NCBI GenBank assembly: GCA_963749655.1 | Contig: CAVVOB010000026.1 | Span: 1-64,000 of the forward strand | Reading direction: 5' to 3' | DNA from: Nitrospirota bacterium | GTDB taxonomy: Bacteria; Nitrospirota; UBA9217 | Length of the DNA: 64,000 nucleotides | Part shown: positions 43,640-53,326 of the stretch, piece by piece | Position numbering within the stretch: position 1 is the stretch's first letter | How the letters are laid out: each line of letters opens with the position of its first letter | Position numbers and translations under genes: made by a program | Notes under the pieces: generated by a model | Told to the model about the DNA's origin: nothing | What the model saw: only the letters and a program-made list of their open reading frames with translations | The model's database searches: none

Positions 43640-44126
43640 ATAGTTTTTGCTGAAATAAAGGCTGCGGAAAGTCTTGGGGAGATTAAATTCCATCCTGGGG
43701 GCTTGCTTTGAACAAACGACTGGTCGTGTTCATGGTGGAATGGGGTCTGTCTTTAAAATTGCTATCCTTGTTGTGCCATCTGTGAACGATCTGCGCTTCA
43801 CCTTTCAATTCGTAATAGATAGCAGCGCGGTTTTCTCCAAAGTCTGACTTTGTAGGTGTACCACGCAAAATTACTTCTTCCTGAAGTCATTAATGGTTGC
43901 GGCTAATATAAATTGTAGACTTCATATTGAAATCGATATGCGCAGAACATTTCATCTACGCCTTACTACATTAAGCTTCTTAAGAATGTCCCCGGAAAAG
44001 GTCCATCTTGCTTCCTTCTTTGAAATGTATCCCGAAGAACTAATAGCTCGTTGGACCCGAAAGAGCAGGGCAATAATTGACTTTACTACCTCCTGTTCTT
44101 TTTGGTATGATGATCTCGAATGATGC

Positions 44127-44984
44127 GTGTATACCATGTCGAAAATCAAAAAATACGATAAAGCCAAAAAGGATATCCCTCTTGTTGCCGAAGAAGAAGC
44201 CGTTTATCTGGCACGAGTAGACGGTACGTTGCAGGATGTAAAACTGCGTCCTAAACTAATCGATCTTTTTGCCGGAGCAGGTGGCATGACGCTCGGATTC
44301 ACGAAGTTAACAGGGCACGATTTTGAGCCGGTTTGGGCGAATGATTTTAATGATTATGCAGCACAGACTTACAATTCTAACTTCGGCGACCATTGTACGG
44401 TAGGCGATATAGTTGATATTCTCGAAAATCCGAAGACGAAAATCCCCAAAGCCGACGTAGTGATCGGCGGCCCCCCATGTCAAGGATTCAGCCTTCTCAA
44501 TAAAAACCGCGATGACGACCCCCGTAAACAGCTATGGCGTCCCTTTATGGAGATTGTTGAACGGTCCGGTGCTTCAGTATTCGTAATGGAAAATGTTCCG
44601 CAGCTTCTTGATTCATTCGAACATGGCGAAATAGTAGAAATTGCGCCAGCGCAGGGCTTTAAACTACATTGGGCAAAGTTATGCGCCGCCGATTATGGCA
44701 TTCCGCAAGTCAGGTGGCGTGCTTTCATCGTAGGGTGCAAATTCGCCGACCCTCGTGAAGTGTTTCCGCCGAGGAAAACGAACTATAATATCAATAACGG
44801 ACATCGAAAAGCTTTTACAGAAGAATTCGATGAATATATCACTAATCCGTCGCCATGGAGAACCGTCCGCGATGCCATAGCCGATTTGCCGCCACCGATT
44901 GAAACGGAAATCCGAAACGTCTCACCTCCGCTTGACCTTCACTTTGGGCGCACACCTACATCAATAAGTATGAGATGTCATTAA
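44127..44984 (+). pseudogene. DNA (cytosine-5) methyltransferase, 3'-truncated
   Basis: Motifs I DLFAGAGG, IV GGPPCQGFS, VI ENV, VIII QVRWR; ends before motifs IX-X. Confidence 0.85.
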
Positions 44985-45020
44985 GTGTTATACATGAATA
45001 AATCGCAGGAGGTAAACGCT

Positions 45021-45257
45021 ATGTCGAAAAAATCTGCTAAATTAACGCTGGGCTCCGGTGTATCTGTCAAAATACCTTTGATGATCGAAGGCAATCGAGA
45101 AGTGGCACGGCTTCTGATCGACAACGTTCCGTACCATTTTGAGCGACTCAAGAAGACCGATCTGGTAGGGCAATACCGCGTTGACGCTGACCCAAGTTAT
45201 CAGCCGCGAAGTGATTCGAACGGATACTGCTGCATTTTGTCGCCTTACTCCGAATAA
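45021..45257 (+). CDS. Hypothetical protein (78 aa)
   Basis: AGGAGG RBS; TAATG overlap with the HNH gene. Confidence 0.65.
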   Translation: MSKKSAKLTLGSGVSVKIPLMIEGNREVARLLIDNVPYHFERLKKTDLVGQYRVDADPSYQPRSDSNGYCCILSPYSE

Positions 45258-46048
45258 TGACAGAAAGCCAATCGAAATATGGGGTTCTTTGGTCAAGAGA
45301 TGAACTGGTATTATCTCTCTATCTCTATTGCCAAATCCCGTTTGCACAAACAAAAACTAATAACCCGGAAGTAATCCGACTTGCAAGATTGCTCGGGCGG
45401 ACGCCGAGTTCTGTTGCACGTAAGCTTGGCAATTTTGGAGCCTTCGATCCATTGTTGGCAAAGCAAGGCATAAGTGGTTTGACTCACGCCAGCAAGCTAG
45501 ACAGAGAAATTTGGAATGAATTTTATGGACGGTGGGACTCATTAGTTCAAGAGAGTCAACGGTTGCTGACGAAAGCACCGGTTTTTTCTGCAAAGATGGA
45601 AGATCAATATCCCATCATCGCACACATTCCACGACCCACGGGACCGTCTGAAAAACCGACCACGGTCATGACCCGTTTGTATCAGTCCTTTTTCAGAAGA
45701 GCTATTTTATCTAGCTATGAATCATCATGCTGTATATGCGGAAACGATCTTCCGCAGCTTTTAGTTGCAAGCCACATTGTACCTTGGGCGTCTAATGAAG
45801 AGAGCCGAACTGATCCTGAAAACGGATTATGCCTCTGTGTTTTACACGACAAAGCTTTTGACCGTGGCCTAATATCACTGAATAAATCTTACATGATAGT
45901 TTTGTCCTCCGCCCTCTATAAATCCAAGTCAAACGCAGTCCAAGTAACCTTACGAGATTATCAGGATCATAAAATAAGTATGCCGCGTCGATTTCCACCA
46001 AAGAATGCTTTTTTAAAATGGCATTTTGAGAATGTTTTTGTCAGGTAG
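45257..46048 (+). CDS. HNH endonuclease, putative modification-dependent restriction type
   Basis: WSRDEL..GRTPSSVARKLGNF N-domain; QSFFRR, CCIC, ASHIVPW, NGLCLCVLHDKAFD. Confidence 0.85.
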   Translation: MTESQSKYGVLWSRDELVLSLYLYCQIPFAQTKTNNPEVIRLARLLGRTPSSVARKLGNFGAFDPLLAKQGISGLTHASKLDREIWNEFYGRWDSLVQESQRLLTKAPVFSAKMEDQYPIIAHIPRPTGPSEKPTTVMTRLYQSFFRRAILSSYESSCCICGNDLPQLLVASHIVPWASNEESRTDPENGLCLCVLHDKAFDRGLISLNKSYMIVLSSALYKSKSNAVQVTLRDYQDHKISMPRRFPPKNAFLKWHFENVFVR

Positions 46049-46062
46049 CGGACTACGTCATT

Positions 46063-46497
46063 TTGAATAGTACCGAGGAAGGCATGCAGATTCGCTCCCA
46101 TATCGACAGACACGACCTCAAACCAGGCGAATATATGCTCGAAAGTTTAAAGAGAATCCCGATGCTGGGACGTGGAATTTCGCCTCAGCTACGCAATGAA
46201 ATTCTTGAGCGCAACGGCTTCACATGCCAATTATGTGGAGCTGGCCCTACTGACCCCGATCCTTTTAATCCTTCTCGAAAAATACGACTTCATATCGACC
46301 ATATCATTCCTCTGAGTCAAAGCGGCTCAAATGACAAGAACAATCTCCGTGTTCTTTGCTCGGCGTGCAATCAAGGACGATCAAATCTTCAGCCGCTCAC
46401 CGAATCTGCTCGAAATGTTTTGGCTCGTATCCGACGCCTTCCTCGTGCATCTCAGAAAGAAGTTTATGAGGCGCTGAAGAAGGCATTTGCAGAATAA
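46063..46497 (+). pseudogene. HNH restriction endonuclease, probably 5'-truncated
   Basis: EEGMQIRSH..DLKPGEY, CQLCG, HIDHIIP, LCSACNQG; no clear RBS. Confidence 0.6.
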
Positions 46498-46634
46498 AGT
46501 TCGGTCTGATATATCCCTGCCTTTACAATACGCGATGAACTTCCAAACCGGTCGAGACGCACTCCCAGCGGGGTCCGTCGCTCACCGGGGGTGTTTAAAT
46601 GCAAGTTTCAAGGTGAAGTTTACATCGTGCACCA

Positions 46635-46746
46635 TGCAGGCCGTAGAAATTATTGATTATCAGTGTAGGGTAGAAGTGATGAAGAAAAAGCATTACATCC
46701 GCTTCATCCTGGTGAAGTTCTTCTTGAGGAGTTTCTTAATCCGATC
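46635..46746 (+). pseudogene. higBA toxin-antitoxin remnant
   Basis: VEIIDY (HigB C-terminus-like) followed by HPGEVLLEEFLNP (HigA N-terminus-like). Confidence 0.6.
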
Positions 46747-46832
46747 AGTTCGAGCGGAGAAATAATGCGTCATTCAAAAACATGGTTACCCTTAGTTGGA
46801 GGTTTGCTGTTCCTGGTCGCGCTTTGAAATTT

Positions 46833-47567
46833 ATGAAAAAGCTTCTATTTGACTATTTGCTGACAAGACTCGATCTATCCACGAACACCGAATTCTCAAT
46901 TCTCGACTTCGGATCCGGAATGGGAGACTTTCTCGGACTCCTTTCGACAAGAGTGAGTTCCGCATCTAAATTGCTGGGCATCGACGCATCAGCTCAATTC
47001 GTCAAAGAAGCGACTAATAGATACCGTAGTATAAATTTTGTCTGCAATAAGTTTGATGGCAAACTGGAACTACCGGATGCATCATTTGATTTAATAGTGA
47101 CGATTGACGTTATTGAATGTATCCGTGATAAAAATGCTCTTGTGAATGAATTCCACCGTATATTAAAACCTGGTGGAAAACTACTTGCTGTGCACTGGGA
47201 TTGGGACACGATGACATACAGTGTGGAGGAAAAAGAAACCGCGCGGAAGGCCGTCTCTGCATTTTCCGATTGGAAGCAGCCATGGATGGATCACTGCGAT
47301 GGTCAAATGGGGAGAAAGCTTTGGGGACTGATTGAGGGCAGCGGGAAGTTTCGAGGAAAGCCGGATTCGTTTACCCTGATAGAGACGAAGTATGAAAGAG
47401 GAAAGTACGGCTTCGATAGAATGCAGGACATTGCGATGCTTGCCGAGAATGATGGGATCACAAAAGAAGAACAAGAAAAACTTCATAGGGAACTCTTAAA
47501 AAATTACGCAGCTGGACAATATTTTTTCAGTGTAACTTCGTTTATTTACTACGGAGAGAAAACATAG
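46833..47567 (+). CDS. Class I SAM-dependent methyltransferase
   Basis: LDFGSGMG, SFDLI, RILKPGG, DWDT. Confidence 0.85.
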   Translation: MKKLLFDYLLTRLDLSTNTEFSILDFGSGMGDFLGLLSTRVSSASKLLGIDASAQFVKEATNRYRSINFVCNKFDGKLELPDASFDLIVTIDVIECIRDKNALVNEFHRILKPGGKLLAVHWDWDTMTYSVEEKETARKAVSAFSDWKQPWMDHCDGQMGRKLWGLIEGSGKFRGKPDSFTLIETKYERGKYGFDRMQDIAMLAENDGITKEEQEKLHRELLKNYAAGQYFFSVTSFIYYGEKT

Positions 47568-47746
47568 CATGCGATCTTGTGCGCCCACGAATGCTGACCT
47601 CGTTGCGATTTTACGAAAAAGAAGGCATGGATATGGAAAAAGGAGGTCATTGGGCTCACTTCTTGAATCTTGACGAACAGCAAGTTTCACACAATAATTG
47701 TTACAGCTTCACTTCTATGAAATCTGTTTAATAGTAGGTGCAATCC

Positions 47747-48859
47747 TCATCCTGCCTCTCTCTGCCTTTCCAGCCCTCTTTCCGTAAAGTACCTCATTAT
47801 ATCTTCCGCCTTAGCCAGTTCCAGCAGGTCCTCTGACTTAATTTCCCGAAGAAGAGGCACGAGATCCTCTTCAGCGTGATGAAAGCCGTGGCGTGAAAGA
47901 ATCGTTCGCAGGCCTGATCTGCCTATCAGCTTGCTCAGCACGAAAATTCTTTCCGAACCGGTGCCGGCCGGCTCGAAGGGTTCATAGGTTTTCGGGTCCT
48001 TGATCGTCCCGTTCATGTGAATGCCCGACTTGTGGGCGAACCGGCGATTTTTGTAGTGGTCCTGGTTGATGCAGCTTTTTACCAGCCCGGCAGCCTCCTC
48101 GAGAAACGCTTTTGCGCGCTCTTTATCGTCTGCCCCGCGCAGGAAACAGAGAACGTTTTCAAGAGACACCAGCCCCATTCGCTCCCCGATGCCCAGGAGG
48201 CTCGTGTCGATGCAGCGCGCTCCGCTTTCCGCTGCCGCGACTGCATTGTCGAAGGCCCTGCCGAAATCGTCGTGAAAATGAAAATGCAGTATGCTGAAGG
48301 GCATCCTGCTTACGATAGTGCTGCGTATCCGTTTAACTGCCCGGGGCGTCATTATCCCGACCGTATCGGCATAGCTCAGGCGGTCCGCACCTAGGGAACG
48401 GAGATGTTCGTAAAAATCGACGACTTCATGCACGTCGGTCCGGGAAGCGTCTTCGCAGGTGAATTTGACCTTCAGGCCGATCCCCTTTGCGTACTGCACT
48501 GCTTCGCCTGTCCGTTCATAGACCGCCTGTTTCGACAAGTCGTATCGCCTGAGGCTCCATTCGCTTATGCCGCTGAAAAGCCCCACCCAGGGCAAACCCA
48601 GGTCTCTGACCAGGCGTATCTCTTTCCGGTCCAGCCGCGCGTGGCCTACAAGGCGGGACCGCAGGTTCAAACGCGCGATCTCGGACACTGCTTGTTGTAT
48701 CGAAGGCGCGGCAGCGGGATGGCCGACTTCGATAAAGTCGACGCCGATTTTATCGAGCAGGATGGCCAGGCGCTTCTTGATTTCGATGGGGAAAAACACG
48801 CCGAAGCATTGCTCTCCTTCCCGAAGGGTTGTGTCCAGTATTTCGCAAGAGCGGGTCAT
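47747..48859 (-). CDS. Homocitrate synthase (DRE-TIM; NifV role inferred from context)
   Basis: DTTLREGEQ, EDASR, ADTVG, HFHDDFG, GIGER, HKSGIH; last gene of the nif cluster. Confidence 0.8.
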   Translation of the reverse strand: MTRSCEILDTTLREGEQCFGVFFPIEIKKRLAILLDKIGVDFIEVGHPAAAPSIQQAVSEIARLNLRSRLVGHARLDRKEIRLVRDLGLPWVGLFSGISEWSLRRYDLSKQAVYERTGEAVQYAKGIGLKVKFTCEDASRTDVHEVVDFYEHLRSLGADRLSYADTVGIMTPRAVKRIRSTIVSRMPFSILHFHFHDDFGRAFDNAVAAAESGARCIDTSLLGIGERMGLVSLENVLCFLRGADDKERAKAFLEEAAGLVKSCINQDHYKNRRFAHKSGIHMNGTIKDPKTYEPFEPAGTGSERIFVLSKLIGRSGLRTILSRHGFHHAEEDLVPLLREIKSEDLLELAKAEDIMRYFTERGLERQREAG

Positions 48860-49020
48860 GGGGAGATCTTTGCCATGTACAGGCCGTAGAGGAGCGACCC
48901 CCAGGCGACGAGGGTCACATAGACCGCGATCTGCCCCCTGTCCCAGTCTTTCGATCTCCCGACCAGGAACGATAGGAAAAATACAGCCAGCGCGAAAACA
49001 AGCATGCCTGCCATTATCAT
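48856..49020 (-). CDS. 54-aa two-TM membrane protein (not in ORF track)
   Basis: MIMAGMLVFALAVFFLSFLVGRSKDWDRGQIAVYVTLVAWGSLLYGLYMAKISP; AAGGAGG RBS; ATGA overlap with the next gene. Confidence 0.75.
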   Translation of the reverse strand: MIMAGMLVFALAVFFLSFLVGRSKDWDRGQIAVYVTLVAWGSLLYGLYMAKISP

Positions 49021-49036
49021 GATTCTGCCTCCTTGC

Positions 49037-49781
49037 TCACATCCTGCAGACCTCGCAGGACTCGTTCCGCGGGGCCTTGACCTTTTTGAAATCCATGTCC
49101 ATGGTATTGAACACCAGCATCTCCGAAAGCAGGGGCTTCCCGTACCCGGTCAGGAGCTTTATCGTCTCGAGGGCCATGATGCAGCCGAGCATGCCCGAGA
49201 CCGCTCCGAGCACCGGGAATCCCAGTTCCTGCCACGACGGGTCGTCTTCGGGATAGACGCAGTGCACGCAGGAGGCGACGCGGGGGATGACGTTGAAGAT
49301 GTAGCCTTCCATTCCGTTCATGGCCGCCTCCACCATGAGGATGCCCTTTTCAATGCAGGCCCTGTTCAGGATCCTTCGTTCCTGGAAGTTCGGACGCGCG
49401 GACAGCGCGATCTGCACCGAGCTGATCAACGAGCCGGCATTGCCCTCCGTGATCCGCTCGTCGAAAACGTCGACGGCCACGTCGGGGTTCATCTCCTGGA
49501 TCGTTCTTTTCGCCTGAACGACCCTGCTCTTGCCGATCCGGTTCCGCATCAGGATCTGCCTGTTCATGTTCGAGAGCGTCACCGTGCCGGCGTGCGCCAG
49601 AACGAGCCTTCCTATGCCCGCCGCGGCGAGGTACAGCGCCGCGGTCCCGCCGAGGCCCCCGATGCCGGCGACGAGCACGCTGGAATTCCCGAGCCGTTTC
49701 TGATGGCTCCGAACTGAACCCCGGCAGCATCAACTGCCTCCGGTACCGCTCCCGATCAACCTGCGTAAGCTGTTCGTCCAT
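49037..49781 (-). CDS. hesA: HesA/MoeB/ThiF-family protein (frameshift ~49700)
   Basis: RYRRQLML, VAGIGGLG, LSNMNRQIL, CVHC, CEVC; inside the nif cluster. Confidence 0.85.
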
Positions 49782-49811
49782 AACCAGTCACCCCGGTGAT
49801 ACGAAAAAGAA

Positions 49812-49876
49812 TTTTGACAGGATTACTGGATGACTTCTGATAAGAAATATTCTGTCAATCCTGTTATCCTGTCGAA
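49812..49876. repeat. Inverted 8-mer-arm element
   Basis: ttttgacaggattactggat ... aatcctgttatcctgtcgaa. Confidence 0.6.
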
Positions 49877-49889
49877 TGCTTCTTGTGCA

Positions 49890-50777
49890 TCACACCATCT
49901 CGATGTACTCCTCGCCGATCCTCGCCATCAGCGTTTCCAGCTCCATGTCCTTGTCCTCGCCCAGGATGCCGCAGGCGTCGGCGCGGCACTGCTTGCAGTG
50001 CGTCATCTGCTTCACATAAGGCCGGCATCGGTCGCGCATCTGTTTGAGGGCATGATGGTCCGGCCTCGTGAGATGCGCAAACCCGGCCTGCGGAATGAGC
50101 GGCAGCACGTTCATGATCTCGGCGCCCAGTCTTCCGGCGCGCTCCGCTATCAGCGGAATTTCCCGTTCGTTCACTCCCGGGATGAAGACGGTGTTGACCT
50201 TGACGATGAGCCCCGCTTCGACCGCCCCTGCGAGGCCCCTCCACTGGTTCACGAGCAGCCGCACCGCCGCTTCCAGCCCCTCGTAGCGCATCCCATCGCT
50301 GCTTATCCAGGCATAGACTTTTTCAGCCGTTTCCGGAGAGACTGCGTTGATCGTGACGGTAAGACTGCCCACTCCCGCGGCCAGCAGCCGGTCTATATTT
50401 TCCGGCAGCAGGAGGCCGTTCGTGGAGACGCACAGCGTCAGCTCCGGGTACTGCCTGCGGATCCTGTTCAGCACGGTGAAGGTGGAGGCATTGGCCAGGG
50501 GATCTCCCGGCCCCGCAATGCCGACCACCGTCAGCCGCTCGTTCCTATCAACGAGGGCCTGCACACGCTCCCCGGCCTCGTCCGGTGTCAGCACCTTGCT
50601 CGTGATGCCCGGCCGGGACTCGTTGGCGCAATCGAACTTGCGTAAACAGTATCGGCACTGGATGTTGCATGCAGGCGCGACCGGCAGATGGACCCTGCCG
50701 AATTTGTGATGGGCTTCCTCGGAAAAGCACGGGTGGGTGCTGATGAGGGATCGGGAAATCTGTTCCGTTTTTACCAT
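49890..50777 (-). CDS. nifB: Radical-SAM FeMo-cofactor biosynthesis protein, single-domain form
   Basis: HPC, CNIQCRYC, NESRPG, AGPGDPL, TVTIN, CKQCRADA; no NifX domain. Confidence 0.93.
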   Translation of the reverse strand: MVKTEQISRSLISTHPCFSEEAHHKFGRVHLPVAPACNIQCRYCLRKFDCANESRPGITSKVLTPDEAGERVQALVDRNERLTVVGIAGPGDPLANASTFTVLNRIRRQYPELTLCVSTNGLLLPENIDRLLAAGVGSLTVTINAVSPETAEKVYAWISSDGMRYEGLEAAVRLLVNQWRGLAGAVEAGLIVKVNTVFIPGVNEREIPLIAERAGRLGAEIMNVLPLIPQAGFAHLTRPDHHALKQMRDRCRPYVKQMTHCKQCRADACGILGEDKDMELETLMARIGEEYIEMV

Positions 50778-50938
50778 GGCCGTCTCCTTCTCTTGTTCTA
50801 TTCCCTTAAAAGCAATATCGCTGCCAAAAAGGGAAAGCATTACGGATCAAGAGGTTCTGATTCAGGAGCGGGCAGGGGAAAGAACAAAGGCGAGGCACAT
50901 GCACATTATTAAATCACGGGAGAAGCAGTCGTCATGCG

Positions 50939-51391
50939 TCAGAGACGCTTTCTCAGGCAGATCAGACTGGTATTGTCCCACCCGCGGCCGGCATAGAACC
51001 CAAGGGCAGGCACATTCTCTTTGTCCGCCAGGAGCTGCACGCGGGTAATCCGTTGATCCTTGCACCACGTCAGGACATGGTTCAGGAGAGCGGTGCCGAT
51101 GCTCTTTCCCCGGAGATCACGTCGGACAACGAGGTCTTCGACCAGTCCTGAGGGGCCGCCTTCGGCAGTGGAGATGACAATCTGAACCGAGCACATGCCA
51201 ATGACATCGCCTTCAAAAACAGCGACGGCCAGATGGGACCTTCCCGACCGGTCTTCCAGCAGCAGAGTGAGCCCGCTAGCCTGTTTTCCGGTATCGGACG
51301 TAAAATCAGCTTCAATGCCGAACAGGTCCGCAAGCAGACCGCACATCTGCGGGATGTCGCAGGCGCGGGCGGAACGGATGGCTATGTCCAT
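50939..51391 (-). CDS. GNAT-family acetyltransferase
   Basis: STAEGG, VEDLVV, RGKSIG, NVPALGFY. Confidence 0.85.
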   Translation of the reverse strand: MDIAIRSARACDIPQMCGLLADLFGIEADFTSDTGKQASGLTLLLEDRSGRSHLAVAVFEGDVIGMCSVQIVISTAEGGPSGLVEDLVVRRDLRGKSIGTALLNHVLTWCKDQRITRVQLLADKENVPALGFYAGRGWDNTSLICLRKRL

Positions 51392-51459
51392 TGATCGACA
51401 TGCAATCGTCAATCGCACTCCTGGCCCCTTGCTACTGGACCCTGTCTTTTCCATTCCGC

Positions 51460-51613
51460 AATCCCGCGCCTTGGCATCCCCCGGCTCCTGCCGGGGGTGG
51501 AAAGCGCTCACTCGCGCGTGACACGAACGTGTCACGCATGCGCGAGTTCGCAGTTCCGGGAGGTCGCGTCAATTTTAGTCCCGACAGGTCGGGATGCCGG
51601 AGGGGGCTCCACT
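51460..51613 (+). repeat. Structured dispersed repeat, copy 3 (3' hairpin partly replaced)
   Basis: Same ends; TCCCGAC-AG-GTCGGGA mini-hairpin at 51579-51594. Confidence 0.95.
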
Positions 51614-51619
51614 CCGAAA

Positions 51620-51898
51620 TCAGATGCTTAGATGGATATGGCATTTCTTGGTGCAGGTGCGCGCGCAGGCCTCGCAGCCGATGCAGTTCTCCGGACGGGC
51701 GACGGACATGACCTTGTTCCCCATGTCGTCGCCGTATTCGTCCTCGCCCTCGAAGGGCTTTTCGATCAACTCTAATACATCAAAGCCGCAGACCTTGTAG
51801 CAGCGTCCGCAGCCGATGCATTTATCGATCTCGATCGCATCAATGAATTTCGGTACCCAGGGTTTTCCGCCCCGGGTAGTTCCGGTAATAGGTGACAT
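51620..51898 (-). CDS. fdxB: nif-specific ferredoxin III
   Basis: TRGGKPWVPKF, CIGCGRCYKVC, CIGCEACARTC. Confidence 0.9.
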   Translation of the reverse strand: MSPITGTTRGGKPWVPKFIDAIEIDKCIGCGRCYKVCGFDVLELIEKPFEGEDEYGDDMGNKVMSVARPENCIGCEACARTCTKKCHIHLSI

Positions 51899-51978
51899 GG
51901 TTCCTCCTGAGAATCAGGGGCCATGGGCCTTTCTGACGAATCTGCCGGCTCCTGACTACTGGCCCCTGGACCCTGATT

Positions 51979-52395
51979 CTACGCTATCGCCTCTCCATTT
52001 CGCTCGCCCGTTCGAACGCGCAGGGCGCCTTCGATCGGAGACACGAAGATCTTGCCGTCGCCTGCCTTGCCGGTCCGGTTCACCCTAAGCAGGGCTTTGA
52101 CCACGGTCGTAACCACATCGTCGGGGACCACGATCGTGAGCAGCCTCTTCGGAACGAACAACGCTACTTTCGGAAGTGCGTGGTCGAGCGCGTAGGAGGA
52201 CGGCGTGGGCCTGAGCTTGACCGCGGTGCAGAAGCTGTCGGGCATTTCCGCATCCATCTCGGCGCACATGGCGCCCCTCTGCCTGCCCCGGCCCTCCACG
52301 CTCTGGATCGTGAGCGACGGGTAACCGAGGTCCACCAGCGCATTCTTTGTTTCCTGAATTTTATCGCGCCTGATAATTGCCGTAATTTCTTTCAT
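51979..52395 (-). CDS. nifI2: NifI2-type P-II protein
   Basis: MKEITAIIR, GRGRQRG, long T-loop, FVPKRLL, TGKAGDGKIF. Confidence 0.8.
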   Translation of the reverse strand: MKEITAIIRRDKIQETKNALVDLGYPSLTIQSVEGRGRQRGAMCAEMDAEMPDSFCTAVKLRPTPSSYALDHALPKVALFVPKRLLTIVVPDDVVTTVVKALLRVNRTGKAGDGKIFVSPIEGALRVRTGERNGEAIA

Positions 52396-52415
52396 GATTC
52401 GTCGTCCTTCCTGCT

Positions 52416-52484
52416 GTCATTCCAAGCTTGAGCCGGAATCCGGAAACCGTAAAGCACCTGGATGCCCGACGTCTCGGGAATGAC
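52416..52484. repeat. REP/RPE-like palindromic element
   Basis: GTCATTCC..GGAATCC..GGATGCCCGA..GGGAATGAC. Confidence 0.7.
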
Positions 52485-52532
52485 GATTGAAAATATTTTT
52501 CGTATTCGAAATCACCCGGCATTCCGCATTTG

Positions 52533-52850
52533 CTACAGCCCTGCTTCGCCGGTCCTGACCGTGTATGCCTGTTCGACCGGGCTGATAAAGACCTTCCCGT
52601 CGCCGATGAATCCTGTGCGCGCCTTGTCGTTGATCACCTTGAGCACCTTATCCAGGTCCTTGTCATCTATGACCGTCATAATCAGCACTTTCGGAAGCTC
52701 GTCGTAGTGCACGGGCCCCACGGTCAATCCCTTCTGTTTGCCTCGCCCGAATACGGGGACCTTGGTAAGCGAGGGAAAGCCTGCGCCTTCGAGCGCCAGC
52801 ACTACTTCCTGTTCCTTTTCCGGCCGAATAAATGCCCTGATCATCTTCAT
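52533..52850 (-). CDS. nifI1: NifI1-type P-II protein
   Basis: MKMIRAFIRPEK, GRGKQKG, YDELPK, GDGKVF, YTVRTG. Confidence 0.85.
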   Translation of the reverse strand: MKMIRAFIRPEKEQEVVLALEGAGFPSLTKVPVFGRGKQKGLTVGPVHYDELPKVLIMTVIDDKDLDKVLKVINDKARTGFIGDGKVFISPVEQAYTVRTGEAGL

Positions 52851-52885
52851 ATTAATCTCCTCCTCGTTGGCTCGATATTTCGGTT

Positions 52886-53299
52886 TTATACTCCGCATTC
52901 CCCATTGCCGTTCAAGGCTTTTCTGAGCCATGGCGGCGGCGACTTCTTTATCGTTTCATCGAGCTCATTCAGCGCGCGTTCGATCGAAACCGGTTCCTTC
53001 ACCTTCATGGGCATGATGCCCTTCCTGACCAGCCGCGCCGCGGACGGTCCGCCGATCTCGGTGAGATAGATGAGCTTGCAGTCGGCAAGACGCTCCACCT
53101 TGCCCTGGACCGCATCCTCATGTACCTGGCCCCGCTCCCTCGTGTCGATAATTGCCCTGTCCAGGCCGTCACTGAACATGCGCAATTCCACGAAACGATG
53201 GCCGCTCCCCGCGGTAATTTCATAAATAACAAATTTACCCGCCCGGCCGAAGTGCTCGTTGACCGTCTGTTCATCGGTTGTTGCGAACGCTACCAGCAT
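52886..53299 (-). CDS. nifX: FeMo-cofactor carrier protein
   Basis: VAFAT, EHFGRA, IGGPSAARLV, PPPWLRK. Confidence 0.92.
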   Translation of the reverse strand: MLVAFATTDEQTVNEHFGRAGKFVIYEITAGSGHRFVELRMFSDGLDRAIIDTRERGQVHEDAVQGKVERLADCKLIYLTEIGGPSAARLVRKGIMPMKVKEPVSIERALNELDETIKKSPPPWLRKALNGNGECGV

Positions 53300-53326
53300 G
53301 GTGTCTCCTCCTTGTTCCCGCTGTGA

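Noticed and set aside
43683-44120. Short minus-strand ORFs beside the methyltransferase
   Set aside because: AT-rich, interrupted by stops, no recognisable motif; possibly debris
48997-49014. TGGCAG..TTG sigma54-like motif before homocitrate synthase
   Set aside because: GG-N10-GC spacing not met, and it lies inside the 54-aa ORF
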